Positions 22,339 to 33,978 are shown, numbered from the stretch's first letter. The stretch is DNA of 64,000 nucleotides from Rhynchopus sp. YZ270_cl-10 (GCA_964035575.1 OZ037845.1:806001-870000), one strand, 5' to 3'. The notes: generated by a model from the sequence alone, not told the origin. Numbers and translations: made by a program.

Positions 22339-24791
22339 CAGCGTAGTCCCTGAGATTTCCAAAAAAATAAAAAAGCTAGTGCCATGCACTACCACTTTTT
22401 TGCAAATAAAAAAAAATAATAAAAACGCTAGGTTCAAAACTCGGTCGAGCCCGGCCCAGCTCAAATTCGGGGCCCCGGCGGAATGTGAGAATTCCTCGGG
22501 TATCCAACTGCGGAGTTCAACTTCATTGATATTTGCACCAGACACACGAATTATCAGTAACCTCAGTACATGTACAAAAAGAAACGGTGGTCATAGCATC
22601 AAGGTTCCTGGCGAAGCCACGGTGCGCAATAATTCAAAAAACTGCGCTTAAAATTGTACATTTTTACAGCCATACGATGTCATGGGAAGGTGGGTTGCAA
22701 ATTTGCGCCGCAGGCGCACGGTACGCTACTTTTATTATTTCGCCATGCTCAGGGCTTCCCGCAGGATCTGGGGGTTTGGCCTCCCAGGGGGACCAGCCAA
22801 AAAAAGGTGAAAAAAAATTTTTTTTCGCGCCTTCAGGGTTTCCGCCAGGATTTGGGGTTTCAGAAATTGGGGGGGACCATCAAAAAGACCCCCCAAAATT
22901 TTTTTTCTCCCCGCAATAGCGGTCGTCGCGCGCTTCGCGCGCGCCTCCCTGCAGGCCACAGAGTGGAGAGGCGAAGGGTGTGACAACCGTGGGAGTCTCC
23001 TTCTTGACAGCAAAGACAAGTCTGCTCTGCCAGCTTTGGCACAACTTTTTTGCGCCAGGCTTTTTAGCACCAGGTTAGATAGCCGTGCTAAGCTTCACAG
23101 CTGCGTTGTCTGGTAGAGGTAGGTAAGGGGTCTTGTGAGAGTGGAGGGTGATGGTATTTGCTTTTTTCCTTGTATGGCGCCACACAGTGATTGCAGTGCT
23201 GCAGTTGGAACATGTAATGAAAGTGTATGTACTCGTCGCTTGCCGAAGCCTCCTTTTAAAAGGGGCAATGCTCGGAAGTATCAATGGTATCAATAATATC
23301 AACATCAAAGAGCCAGCAACACAGCGCCGCAGGCGCACGGTACGCTACTTTTTTATTTTTTTAGAGTTCGCCATCCCCTTTTCTTCCACTCCTTTTGACA
23401 CAGCGAGTCAAATGCTCTGCACGGTGGGGTCACATGACCACGGGGGGTCATCTACAACCTCCAAAACCCATTTTTCTTAGGGGGGACTATGGTACCCCCC
23501 AAACCCCTGTAAAAATCCGGATTTTTCTGGGAAAAATATTGGGGGGGACCATGGTCCCCCCCGGTCCCCCTTGGCGGAAACCCTGGCCTTGTTGTGTGTG
23601 GTGTGTAGCACTAACGCTGACGCTACGTTACGTTACGTTACGCGCCTCTACGCACTTTAAGTGGTCAAAAATCATTTTTTCGCCTCCGGCGAAAATGTCC
23701 CGGTAAACCGTTAAAACTGCTGCATTCACTCGCATATTGCATATCATCTCACGTTCCCCACCTTTGCGGGATAAGCAAAAAAATCATGTCAGGTCGGTAG
23801 CGTGCAGACGTTTCCTAGTATAGACATCTACAAAAAGAAACGACAGTCATGGCAAAGGTTCCTGGCGAAGCCACGGTACGCAACATTTTAAAAAAAAAAT
23901 GTTGCGCACCGATCAAATGGCACTGTCGTTGGTCATTATCGTCAGTTCCCGTAAATGTTACTTCCATATTTTGCTGAACGAAAGTTTTTGGCGAAGCCAC
24001 GGTACGCAACATTTCAAAATATTGTGCTTAAAATTGCACTATTTTACAGCCAAACTATGTCATGCGTGGCTTGCAATCTTGCGCCGCAGGCGCACGGTAC
24101 GCTACTTTTTTCCTTTCGCCATGTTGCATGCTTCCTTTTCCTTCGGCGTTTGACCAATTGAGTCGCGTTCTGGCTGTGACGGGGTCACTTTGTTCATGAG
24201 GCATACTCGTGGTTCTTTGCAACCGTTATATTCTGCCTCTTCCTGAGCAGATATCTTGGGACTCCGCCGGTCGCTTTGCAAATTCCATTATGGAAAGCTG
24301 TCTTGGTCCAGAGGACTTTTTTGGTGCCATCCTTTCCCCCTGTTAGTTGCCTGTATTTGGATGCGCGGGGACGGGAGGGTAGGAAAAAATTTAAAAAATG
24401 TGGAAAATTCCTAATAGGCAGCTTCGGAACACTCAACGGCAGGCTGGTCCCCCCTGGTCCCCCCTTATTTTTTTTTTTTTCCCCCAGGGGGACCAGTGGT
24501 CCCCCCTGGTCCCCCCTGTGGGAAGCCCTGCATGCTGCATGTTTCCTTTTCCTTCGGCGTTTGATCAATTGAGTCGCGATTTGGCTGTGACGGGGTCACT
24601 TTGTTCATGAGGCCAGTTCTGGTCACTCTCAGAGGCTTATGTCTCTGCGTGTCTGGCAAGTGTAAACTTTCTGAAAAAAGAAAAAAAAAAGTGGTAGTGC
24701 CAGTGGTAGTGCCCGGCACTAGCAAGAAAATTTTCAAAATTAAATAGGTAGTGCCGATGCACTAGCAGTTTGGGCAAGCTAGACTACACTG
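22339..24791. mobile_element. Non-autonomous hAT-like element (2453 bp)
   Basis: TIR CAGCGTAGTC / GACTACACTG (one mismatch), 8-bp TSD GCCTTAAG, subterminal GCACTACCAC / GTGGTAGTGC, and internal repeats. Confidence 0.8.
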
Positions 24792-25898
24792 GCCTTAAGG
24801 GAGGGAGTACAACAAGCTGAACTGACTAAAAAATGATAAAACCAGAGTTGCTTTGCTGAAAAAAAAATACGAATATTCAGGAGAAAAGACTTTTACAACA
24901 TAAATGGTAGATCATTGATAGACACCTCTGACTGACCCATCAACGATGCCAGTTCGGATGCGCAAACCAAAATACACGCACTTAACTCCAAGACTCTAAA
25001 CAGATCATCTTGAAATATGTCCCAGCAGCAAATAAAATATTGAAAAGAAAAAAAAAACAAAAGAAAGAAAGATTGAACAATAACAAAGGGAGGTGTGGTG
25101 CGAGGGGAGTTGGGGTGTTTTCCACCAGGGACAAATTTTAGAGAAAAAAAAAATGTTCCTGGACTACACCCGTATACGAAATGATAGAGAGGTTGGAGAT
25201 GGGAGGGATTTCTTCTTTTTTTTTTACTTCTCAAAGTCTTACAGTAACGGCGTCGCCGTACATAGTGCGTCACGCATTTACGGATACATCTAATTTAAGA
25301 GACCCAATTTTCCACCCATAATTACGTCAAAATCACCCGAAATAAACTGCATCCGAAGAGCGACTCACTGTATTGCGCATCACGCCGCATTTGCGCTTCA
25401 GGTCACTGTAGTAACACTGGTTTAATCGAAGAAAAAAGAAAAGAAAAGAAAACTTGAAAAGATGCCTGTGTACATAATATCTAAGAAAGCTGCCTGGCGA
25501 GAACACGATGCATCGCATCGCTTCGAGGACGTACTATTGAGAAGAGGGGGCTTAGGCCTTAGGTCTATGAGATCCTAAGCCTCTTATTTGCCGCAGTCAC
25601 CAAGAAAGCTTGAAAGACTCTCGTACACATCTGAAAAGAAGGGGGGGAAAGTTACTTGAAATACAAAGCCCTCTCGCGAACAGTGTACCTTGGTACCTGA
25701 CCGGACCCGACATCCATTTCGAGGTTGACATCTAAAAAAGAAGAAGTTAAAGATAAGAAAAGAGAAAAGGTTTTGGTGGCCAGTCAGCCAAAGAAAACCG
25801 TGAAACAGAAAGGTAAGGTGGCTCACTGTTCATACACAATCACTCATTATTCCAAAAAGGTAGGTTGGAGATACAAAAAAAGAGAAATAAATTTAGTT

Positions 25899-26329
25899 CA
25901 GGACTGGGTCTAACTCCTTTTCTACCAACATTTTTTTTTGAGACTTGCATGCCGTTTTTTTTTTTTTGCAAACCAAAAAATCCCATTTGCCACATTCTTA
26001 CGACTATCACCCTCTCCCCTGATTTTCGGGTTTTTTGTCGGGAGCTGAGGGAGGAGTTTAAGGAGAGAATGTGGTGGGTGTTAATGTGGGCGCCACAGAT
26101 CACGACTCTTAGGAAGGTGAAAAGCTCCTACGACCGGCAAAGACGCAAACGAAAAGAGTTGCCCCGCGCGCCATCCGATCATCTCAAATTAAGGGTACTT
26201 CGGAGTGTTTTGATTTCGTGGAAACCCACTACGAGGAGGAGTTTCCACGCACAACCCTCTTTGCCGTTCTTTTTCCTACCAAAACCCAAAAATCGGCTTC
26301 CCAGACCCCCAGAGTTAGGCCCAGTCCTG
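25899..26329. mobile_element. hAT-like MITE (431 bp)
   Basis: TIR CAGGACTGGGTCTAACTC / GAGTTAGGCCCAGTCCTG with degenerate 8-bp flanks ATTTAGTT and TTTTAATT. Confidence 0.75.
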
Positions 26330-27231
26330 TTTTAATTGGAGTGGATAATGTTCCCTTCTAGTTGAGCTTTTTTCCTCCTCGGCATAGCGAGGAGAGGGTT
26401 GGGAAGAGTGGAGGCAAATAATCATGGAAAAAAATCAGAACTTTGCCAAAAGCAAGATTTTTTTTTTCGTTCCATTCGAGGACATCGTAACTATCTCATA
26501 CGATGATGTCTAGCAAACGCCATTGTTTTATTCCTCCACATTTCAGAAGAAGAAAAAAAAACTATGGCAAGCGTCAGAGGGAGCCTTCTGTAAAAAAAAA
26601 AAAAATAAAAGGCATACAAAATGAATGTACCTCTCATGAATATTCTTTTCTACAGGGCTATTATAAACTTTTTTGTTCGGTAACTTTTCGCACTAAAAAA
26701 AACAAATAAAAAAAAAACATTATTTTCGCTTTTTCTTTCCCACCTTGAACACATATTTTGTTCTTTCTCCTAAACAAAAATTAGCAGCAAATGACTTTAG
26801 TATATGGGTCGGTCCAACAACACCCCCCCAAAGATATCAATTGGTACGGTTTAGTTTGCTCTCTGGGGGTATCCATCATATTTCTAATTAGACTTTTTGC
26901 TCGTCGCTTTTTTTCATAATTGAACTCAGAAACTTAACTCTGAGTTCATTAAAACAAAAATCGAGAAGAAAGTCCTTGAACCCAAATGAAATGAAAATAA
27001 GGTTACCAACCTTTTGGATGGGGGGTTTGTTGTTGGAGCGTGCCATATACACATCTTTGAAATGAATGGGGGTTGGGGTGTCAGAACCCTAAAGGGTCCC
27101 GCTAAAAGGGGGGGAGACCACTTGCGTGGTGACTCAGAAAAGTTTGAAATATATGGCAACATGGCTCTTTCACAGCCTGAAAGATGTACGGACATACAGG
27201 TAGGGCCATAGAAGAAATAAAAAAAATTTAT

Positions 27232-27270
27232 AAGATGAACCTAAGCCTCTCCCTTGTGCTTAGTCACCTT
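27232..27270. repeat. Dispersed ~35-bp hairpin repeat, family 1 (representative copy)
   Basis: Consensus AAGATGAACCTAAGC-CTCTCGT-GCTTAGTCACCTT. Variants at about 1599, 5291, 12209, 16552, 25569, 27616, 30261, 34992, 42989, 43359, 44091, 45013, 45073, 61162 and 63490. Confidence 0.8.
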
Positions 27271-27309
27271 GATCACATTCGTTAGAATAAAATGGGGTTT
27301 TAGGATATA

Positions 27310-27415
27310 CAGTGGTTAAACAAAGTTCCGCCTAAGAAAAATTCCGCCAAAAGTAATTTCCGCCATCGATTTCAATTCCGCCTTTAGTTTAGGCGTAAAC
27401 TTTGTTTAACCACTG
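27310..27415. mobile_element. Tc1/mariner-type MITE (106 bp)
   Basis: TIR CAGTGGTTAAACAAAGTT / AACTTTGTTTAACCACTG flanked by TA on both sides, with internal TTCCGCC repeats. Confidence 0.85.
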
Positions 27416-27954
27416 TATGATTTACAACACCCCAATGGGTTGAGGTGCTACAGTACGGGGGATACCTCTGCCCCAGAGCAACAAAAGAAGAGAAGTCGAA
27501 AGTGCAAACACCTCACCTCACCTTACACTGGCAGACACAGACTCTGGTTTTCCCACAGGGGTTATCAGATTGCATTCTGTTCCGATCCAGATAATACAAA
27601 AATCGAAAATTTTATAAGATGAACCAAGGTCTCTCTCATCACCTTTGAAAAAAAATACCCCCCTCTTGAAACATTAGAAAAGCGTCTCTCTTGCACACAT
27701 CTTCGACAAAAAAAACCAAATTGGTGCTCCTGAAATAAAAAATACCAAGTACGCACTAAGTACGCAAAATGGGGTTTTCAGGAGCACCACAAATGCTAAA
27801 AACTCTACTTTTTTTTTTGTTGAAAAAAATGATTTTTGAGAAGAAACAAAATAAAGCATTCTGCCAAATACACCGACTTACTTTTTTACTCAAAAACACA
27901 CACACACAACTTAGTAATACAGCTATGGCGAAAGAGAGAATGCTTTCTTTTCCT

Positions 27955-30120
27955 TCACTTTGTCACCTCACTTGAATCAGAAGGGGACGAATACTCTTGG
28001 GATACTGCTGAAATCAATTGGTAGATTCCTTCACGCGAGGGATGCTGTGTGAGCTCGGTTCGAAGCGATACTGGGAGATCTGGCATGCCCGCTGGAGGGA
28101 GATACCACACCTCCCCTTCTGCTGCAGCAGCGTCTGAGAGTGTCCAACTGGCGTCGACTGGGTCACCAATCACATTCCAGAAACGCTGGGTCTTGGTGCC
28201 GACATCACCGTGCATAACCACGCCTGATGAGACGGCACCCCCTGCCATAGCTCCTCCCATGGACCTGGTTAACCTCTCCATCATCCTCAAGGCGCTTTCA
28301 GCATGCTCCCTGCAGGCGCGCGATAGATTCCACCCAACACACACCTTTCTCCCCAACAAAGAAATCAATGTGCCACCACTCTGCCCCAACGCTGGTGTTA
28401 ACGATTCCAACCCAGCGCCTAATCCCCAGGCCACACCGCTTTCTTGTCCTTCAACGTTGATGTGGATTACCCCGATGGTCGCGCTAGAGGACCTTAAGGT
28501 AGGAGTGACCTGCAGGGCGCTTAATACTGAGGCAGAGGTGGAGAGGGAAACGGAGACGTCGCTTCTGGTGCTTCGGCTGCTGAGGTTGGAGCCGTGGTGG
28601 TCGGAGAGGGGGTGGCGTTTGCGTTCGGAGAGTGCAGATGGCCAGACACTGCGGACTTCGACAGGGTATGTCACACCTTTGAGATGAAGCAGTTCGCTTT
28701 GGTTAGCAAGCGCAGGCAGGCAAGAGGAGACAGAGGTCTCCCATAGACAGGCAGGCACCGCCACGGCACCGGGTACACATGAACTCTCTAGACGTGCCGC
28801 GATGTTCACAGCGTGGCCAAAATAGTCAACTCGCCCCGTCAAAGTGTTCTCTTCGACCGCAACCGGTCCGCTGTTGACACCAATGCGTACAGTGAGGCCA
28901 CCCCATATCGTGCGTCCCTCAGGGTCGTCTTGTGCTTTGCAGATAGGGACGTCAAGGAGGGCGGTCGGCCAGTCTGCTTGGAGAAGCTTTTCTTGGACTA
29001 AAAGGGAGAAGTTGATTCCTGCAGGGGTGTTGTCGAAGGCGACCATGAAGGCGTCGCCGATGGTTTTTACTTCGTAGCCGCCGCATTCGTCGAGGGTTTG
29101 GCGGAGGAGGGCGTTGTGGATGCGGATTGATTTTGCCATGGCGTCTGGACTCATTTCCCATATGGCGGTTGATGCGCGGATGTCGGTGAAAACGATGGTC
29201 GCATCTTCAGTGTGAATGCCAGGTGGCGGAACCGAATGGCGCCTCGTAAAGCTTGAGTTGTTCTCCTGCATTTCTTCGAACAGTGCAGCGGGGAGGTAGG
29301 GCTTGTAGACACGAAGGTTTTGCTCAATGCGTTTCAAAGCATGGAACATCTCATGCGGGAGGTCCGTCTCCGTCTGATCCAATATATCTGTAACCGCCGC
29401 AACATCATAACAACTCAAAAGGGTTGCAATCTCTTGCACCATCTGAATCGTGTTTGCCATAGACGTCTGTTCCTTTTCTACTTGCTGTGCAAATCCACGG
29501 GTAGCAATGAAATCAGCAAGAAACACCGAAATCCCCATCAACTCAGAAACCAAAGGGGTCCACCCCGACGTCGGGCACGGAAGATTATCGCAGTCAAGAG
29601 TACTGCTAATAAACTCCCGTCGATTCGCCTGACTTTCTAACAATGGAATGTCAAACAACCCAAACCGCTGTGTCCGTTCAGAGTATATCACCATCATCCA
29701 CACTACCACCGTCGTCACAATACACGCCGCAAAGCGTTGACCTAACCGAAGAACCAGAACAATATCGATGAGAACCACATAAATCGGCCACGTTGTCTGT
29801 CTGTCTTCCGCTCTGAAGTACACATCAGCGCAGGTAATACCGGCAAAAGAAATAAGAATCCACAGTGTCAAATGGGCGCGCGTATATTCCATAAAAGGTG
29901 ACATCAAAATAAGGCCGAATGACGGAGCGAAAAGAATCAGTCCACCTACCACACCCAAGTGCAATCCACCACGGAAAAAGGTCCCCACCGTCAAAGTCGC
30001 TGTCACCACAGCAGCAAACGCCGCAATTAATATTACAATTTCACGTTCTCGCCGTTCTCTTCCCACTAAGGTGCCATTTAATGATACAATCCGGGAATAC
30101 CATTTTTGAAGTAAAATCAT
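27955..30120 (-). CDS. Membrane-bound class III adenylate cyclase
   Basis: Several N-terminal hydrophobic helices, then TIVFTDIRAST, YEVKTIGDAFMVAF, VRIGVNSG and DYFGHAVNIAARLES. A degenerate second cyclase-like domain lies at the C-terminus. Confidence 0.92.
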   Translation of the reverse strand: MILLQKWYSRIVSLNGTLVGRERREREIVILIAAFAAVVTATLTVGTFFRGGLHLGVVGGLILFAPSFGLILMSPFMEYTRAHLTLWILISFAGITCADVYFRAEDRQTTWPIYVVLIDIVLVLRLGQRFAACIVTTVVVWMMVIYSERTQRFGLFDIPLLESQANRREFISSTLDCDNLPCPTSGWTPLVSELMGISVFLADFIATRGFAQQVEKEQTSMANTIQMVQEIATLLSCYDVAAVTDILDQTETDLPHEMFHALKRIEQNLRVYKPYLPAALFEEMQENNSSFTRRHSVPPPGIHTEDATIVFTDIRASTAIWEMSPDAMAKSIRIHNALLRQTLDECGGYEVKTIGDAFMVAFDNTPAGINFSLLVQEKLLQADWPTALLDVPICKAQDDPEGRTIWGGLTVRIGVNSGPVAVEENTLTGRVDYFGHAVNIAARLESSCVPGAVAVPACLWETSVSSCLPALANQSELLHLKGVTYPVEVRSVWPSALSERKRHPLSDHHGSNLSSRSTRSDVSVSLSTSASVLSALQVTPTLRSSSATIGVIHINVEGQESGVAWGLGAGLESLTPALGQSGGTLISLLGRKVCVGWNLSRACREHAESALRMMERLTRSMGGAMAGGAVSSGVVMHGDVGTKTQRFWNVIGDPVDASWTLSDAAAAEGEVWYLPPAGMPDLPVSLRTELTQHPSREGIYQLISAVSQEYSSPSDSSEVTK

Positions 30121-30874
30121 TGGTAATTTTTTTTTTTGCTGTAAAGGATGTGTTCGTGAGAGGGTAGGAGGATTAAGGGAAATATGCGAAAAGAAGGGAA
30201 CTAAAGAGATTCGTTTCAAACTGGTTGAAAAAGAGAACAAAAAAGAGAGGTTTTTTTGGTAAGATGATCCTAAGCCAAGAATGCTTAGTCACCTTAAAGA
30301 AACAAAGGGGGTTGAAGGGTGCAAAAATAAAGGTAAGAATATTTTGTCTTTTTGCGGTTGCACTGTGAAAAAGGGTTGTATGCATAGAGTGCCAATTCCA
30401 GCTGCTTCTTGGTGGAAAAGGAAAAAAAGGTGAAGTTGATAGTGCAAACGCCTCTGGGACGCAGGCATTGACACTCCAAAAAAAAAGGGGGGGAGGAATG
30501 AGGGGAAATGTTAGGGAGCGAATGCAATACCGATCCCTGTCCTCAGAATTTTTTTTCAAAAAAAAAAAAAACAAAACAAAAAAAAAAATTAAAAACAGTT
30601 GTTGACTTTGTTATTCCCTCCCCTAAAACTCCCTAAAAAAAATCTGTTTCCCTCTAATTGGTCAAGCACCGAACACCTTGGGAATATAAAAAAGGTTAGG
30701 TTTTTAAAATAGAGACTTGGAGGGTGATGCTGACTCTGAAAAAGGAAAAACATATTTTAGGGAACTTTGGAGGGGACTTTTAATTGTAATTCAACAAGAG
30801 ACTAACGAGACTTATCAATTTTTTTTTTCTAACCCCAACCCCCCAACGGGGAGGAAACAGTGTTCCTATCTTAT

Positions 30875-31570
30875 CTAGCAAGAAATTGAGTTTGGTGTTG
30901 AGTAGTGTGCAGGCTCGCGTTGGAGACCGAGGGTGTTGTGGATGTCTTGTTCGCTGGCACAGCCGCCACAGACGAGGGTGAGGAGACGGTCTGCAGCTTT
31001 TTTGCGTCGTATGCGTTCCTTTGCGGCCTTCGCTTCTCCACGTTTGAGCTTTACCAGGGTGCCGGAATTTCTGTTTTTATGCGTTGCTGCGGCTCTTGCT
31101 TCAGGCTCTGTTGGTTCTGCAACTCTCGCTTCTTTTGCGGCTTTGAGAGTATGTATTTCCGCCTCAAGACGTTCGACTGCCGCAGCAAGGAGTGCATCGC
31201 TCATCTGTCTCCGCATCTCTGCGTTGTTTTCACAGAGCGTCCGGAACGTTGCCTGCGTTGTGCCGAGGTCTTCTGCTGTTTGTTGCATCTGGCGGCTAAA
31301 CACCGCTTCTTGATCTGGACACGCCGGTTGTGGTGTCCCCTGATCCGGCCAGTATACTCGGTTCTTCCCAAAGTCCTTTGCCTTAAATGCCCCGTCCGCT
31401 ACCCCCTTCTCCAGAATCCGTGCTGCCTGTACTTTCTTCACCTTCCCCGCAGTGTTGTCTTGAACAAGCTGTGCATTAAAAGGTCGATTCTCCCGCCTCA
31501 TCAGTGCAAAGACCATCTCCGTCGCGTCTTCTTCAGTGATTTTTGCTTTGGTTGTGACGGCTGGGGGCAT
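30875..31570 (-). CDS. HOP2: HOP2/TBPIP-like meiotic recombination protein
   Basis: MRRENRPFNAQLVQDN...KKVQAARILE...KDFGKNRVYWPDQ matches the Hop2 winged-helix signature and is followed by a coiled coil. Confidence 0.75.
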   Translation of the reverse strand: MPPAVTTKAKITEEDATEMVFALMRRENRPFNAQLVQDNTAGKVKKVQAARILEKGVADGAFKAKDFGKNRVYWPDQGTPQPACPDQEAVFSRQMQQTAEDLGTTQATFRTLCENNAEMRRQMSDALLAAAVERLEAEIHTLKAAKEARVAEPTEPEARAAATHKNRNSGTLVKLKRGEAKAAKERIRRKKAADRLLTLVCGGCASEQDIHNTLGLQREPAHYSTPNSISC

Positions 31571-31771
31571 TGTGTATAGTGTATAGTGTATAAGCTGGGT
31601 GTCGAGGGGTTTGAGTGAACGAAACATATTGATGTGGGTTCGAAGCCCGAAGGGAAGTGTCGAAACACAATTTGGGGAGGGAATCATTTGGTTCTATCCG
31701 TACTATCCTTATCCTTTTTTTTTTTGCCTGAAGTCAGTTTTTTTTTTAACGTTCAAGGTCAGAGGGGACAT

Positions 31772-32290
31772 TCACATATCTCTCAAATGCGGGCAGAGAT
31801 AGTAGGCAATACCGTTTGTGACACCCCTGAAGCCCCACTTCCACCACCTGATAACCTCTACAGGCACGTCGTTGCCCATTACTTTGCACATTTCGACGAC
31901 GATGTTGTGGCAGTCCCCGATTTCTGATGTCCTCACTGCAATGACACAAGAGGCGTACAAAAGACAGCCCACCGAGGTAAAGAAGAGTGTGACCACAGCA
32001 TATGCTCTGATAAACGCGAGGAAGCCAAACAGAGGCCCGTACTCAGCCCGCATAGCGCTCACGTAACGTCGTCTCTCTTCTTCCTTTTCCACGCCATCAG
32101 GTTTCTCCACCGTGATGGGTGCACTATCGACCTGCCCCCTAGACAGCCGTGCATACTCACGCTTCGCACGTCGCACTAATTGTTCTTCAGTCAACCGCGG
32201 CTTGGCCACTTGCTTTGATTTACTTGAACAATACCTTCGTGTCGCATTAACCGCAAGGTTCGGTTTACTCAAACACAAACGAAGAAACAT
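31772..32290 (-). CDS. Hypothetical membrane protein, probably mitochondrion-targeted (172 aa)
   Basis: Basic, acid-free N-terminus (MFLRLCLSK...TRRYCS) and a hydrophobic segment; same strand as its neighbours. Confidence 0.65.
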   Translation of the reverse strand: MFLRLCLSKPNLAVNATRRYCSSKSKQVAKPRLTEEQLVRRAKREYARLSRGQVDSAPITVEKPDGVEKEEERRRYVSAMRAEYGPLFGFLAFIRAYAVVTLFFTSVGCLLYASCVIAVRTSEIGDCHNIVVEMCKVMGNDVPVEVIRWWKWGFRGVTNGIAYYLCPHLRDM

Positions 32291-32377
32291 TATTAATATA
32301 CACCTAGCCCTGTGATAGAGTGGTTGGGTGTGTTATGAAGTGTAGTGAAGTGGTTGTGTTCAAAAGAGGAGAGCAGC

Positions 32378-32485
32378 AACAATCAGACCTGTTGAGTTTG
32401 ACATAATTTTTCAAGCCCCACCGAGGGTGCCGTGACTTTGTTGGCCACCTCTGGCCGAATGGTTGTGTTTTGTGCATCATGTTGC
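32378..32485 (-). ncRNA. Box C/D snoRNA family E (single copy)
   Basis: Variant C box ATGATGC and D box CTGA. The guide GTCAAACTCAACAGG is antisense to LSU CCTGTTGAG[CT]TTGAC. Confidence 0.8.
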
Positions 32486-32501
32486 TGTGTGGAGACGGAA
32501 G

Positions 32502-32589
32502 TGTGCTCAGCAAGATATGTTAAGGTAGAAAGGTTTTGGTTTCAACAGCCGATGCTTCAATCCAAATGCCAAGTTTATCATCATCGGGT
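32502..32589 (-). ncRNA. Box C/D snoRNA family F (single copy)
   Basis: C box ATGATGA, D' TTGA and D box CTGA. GGCATTTGG and CTACCTTAA are antisense to the adjacent LSU sequence TTAAGGTAGCCAAATGCC. Confidence 0.8.
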
Positions 32590-32645
32590 GGAGAAAGGAG
32601 TGTGCTGTGCTGTGCTGTGCACAACAACATGTGGTGGAGAGAGGA

Positions 32646-32712
32646 GCATCTGCGCCCACCTAGACTAGGGATAGAGCGCACATTACAGCACCTTCCCTGT
32701 GCGGGCGGCGGT
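32646..32712 (-). ncRNA. Candidate AGA-box single-hairpin snoRNA
   Basis: Minus-strand stems GCCCGC/GTGGGC and AGGGA/TCCCT followed by AGA-nnn, lying between C/D snoRNAs. Target not identified. Confidence 0.45.
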
Positions 32713-32742
32713 TCAACTTCACAGCAAGAGACAGCAAGCAGT

Positions 32743-32849
32743 CGTAGTCAGATGGCTGATCCTGCACTTTGAGACTCATAATCTATGTCAACACAGGACA
32801 CGCCTTGCTGGGGCGTGCCTTCAGGAGTCATTTAAGGTCATCATGAACG
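32743..32849 (-). ncRNA. Box C/D snoRNA family C, copy 2 of 3
   Basis: Matches 9766-9872. Confidence 0.75.
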
Positions 32850-32897
32850 TGTGGTGTGTGGAGTGTGGTGTGTGGTTGTTTGCTTTGGTGTTGTGTC

Positions 32898-32976
32898 AGC
32901 AGTCAGGTGAGGTTGGAATGTATCCACAGCGTTGCTTCGGCTTGGCTAGGGCGGTTCCAGGATTTCATCATGCACA
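32898..32976 (-). ncRNA. Box C/D snoRNA family D, copy 2 of 3
   Basis: Matches 9919-9997. Confidence 0.75.
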
Positions 32977-33008
32977 ACAGAGGAGGGGTGGAAAGGTGGT
33001 GAACAGAA

Positions 33009-33099
33009 GTGTTTCAGACAAAGCGGTTAAAGTATGTGCTCATGGTCGAGACTCACATTGGTGCCAGCACTGACAATTAAAAGGTTTTCATCATGCTTT
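33009..33099 (-). ncRNA. Box C/D snoRNA family A, copy 4 of 5
   Basis: Matches 2311-2401. Confidence 0.8.
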
Positions 33100-33125
33100 C
33101 GTGTCAACGTGTTTCGAGGCAGAAG

Positions 33126-33222
33126 AGAGATCAGAGGTGTCCTAAGGTATTGTAAAGCCTATTCGGGCATCGCTCGTGGAGCTCCGACTGGGGCGGCATA
33201 TCAGTGGTTTTCATCACTTCCG
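33126..33222 (-). ncRNA. Box C/D snoRNA family B, copy 3 of 4
   Basis: Matches 11426-11522. Confidence 0.85.
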
Positions 33223-33627
33223 AAGCTGCAGTTGTGTGTTGCATCGTGATGTGGTGTGGTGTGTGAATGTGCACAGGTTGCATTGCGGAGACAAACTGCA
33301 CAGCAGGGGGCTGCACGGATGGGATGCTGTGAAGAATACAAGAAATCGTCATGTCTTTATTTTATCAATTGTTTTGCACATTATTTTCTGGTTGGTTCGG
33401 GCGTGCCATTTTCATTGGTATGTTGCAGAGAAAGGCAAAGCTCACAGAAAAGCGAGCAACTGCACAGTCGCTGTTGACACACACGACAGACATGCCCGGT
33501 CACCACCTTGTGCAGAAACCACAAACCATGTCGAGGTTAGCAGGGTGGGGAGAGGGGAAACGTGACAGCACTTCATATTGGGTGCCACATCACGTTACCT
33601 CCATTCCGTTCCCACTGCTGATCCTCG

Positions 33628-33724
33628 AAACAAACAAACAAACAAACAAACAAACAAACAAACAAACAAACAAACAAACAAACAAACAAACAAACAAACA
33701 AACAAACAAACAAACAAACAAACA
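33628..33724. repeat. (AAAC)n microsatellite
   Basis: About 24 perfect units; the paralogous site near 4000-4024 is short and interrupted. Confidence 0.95.
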
Positions 33725-33978
33725 AAGACGAACGGACCACACTTGGACTTGGGGCCACACACGTCTGATCAAAAGAGTTGAAGAAAAAAAGTGAAAACAG
33801 AGACAAAAGTGGAGTTAGGGCGGAGATAGAAACGAGAGAAAAATCCCAACAAACAGCGTTGGGATGTTTTCTTGAAAAGAGAGCAGCGTGGGATAATGAA
33901 ATCCCAAAAAAGACAAGAAAAAGAGAAATAATGAGAAAAATGAAGTGAAATTCCAGTCTGAGCACCCTTGTTACCTTC

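Noticed and set aside
15150..27900. Many short K/F-rich ORFs
   Set aside because: These are products of poly-A/T tracts and MITE sequence with no recognisable domains.
30595..30800. Possible ~200-bp MITE
   Set aside because: Internal inverted repeats are present, but clear termini and a TSD could not be defined.
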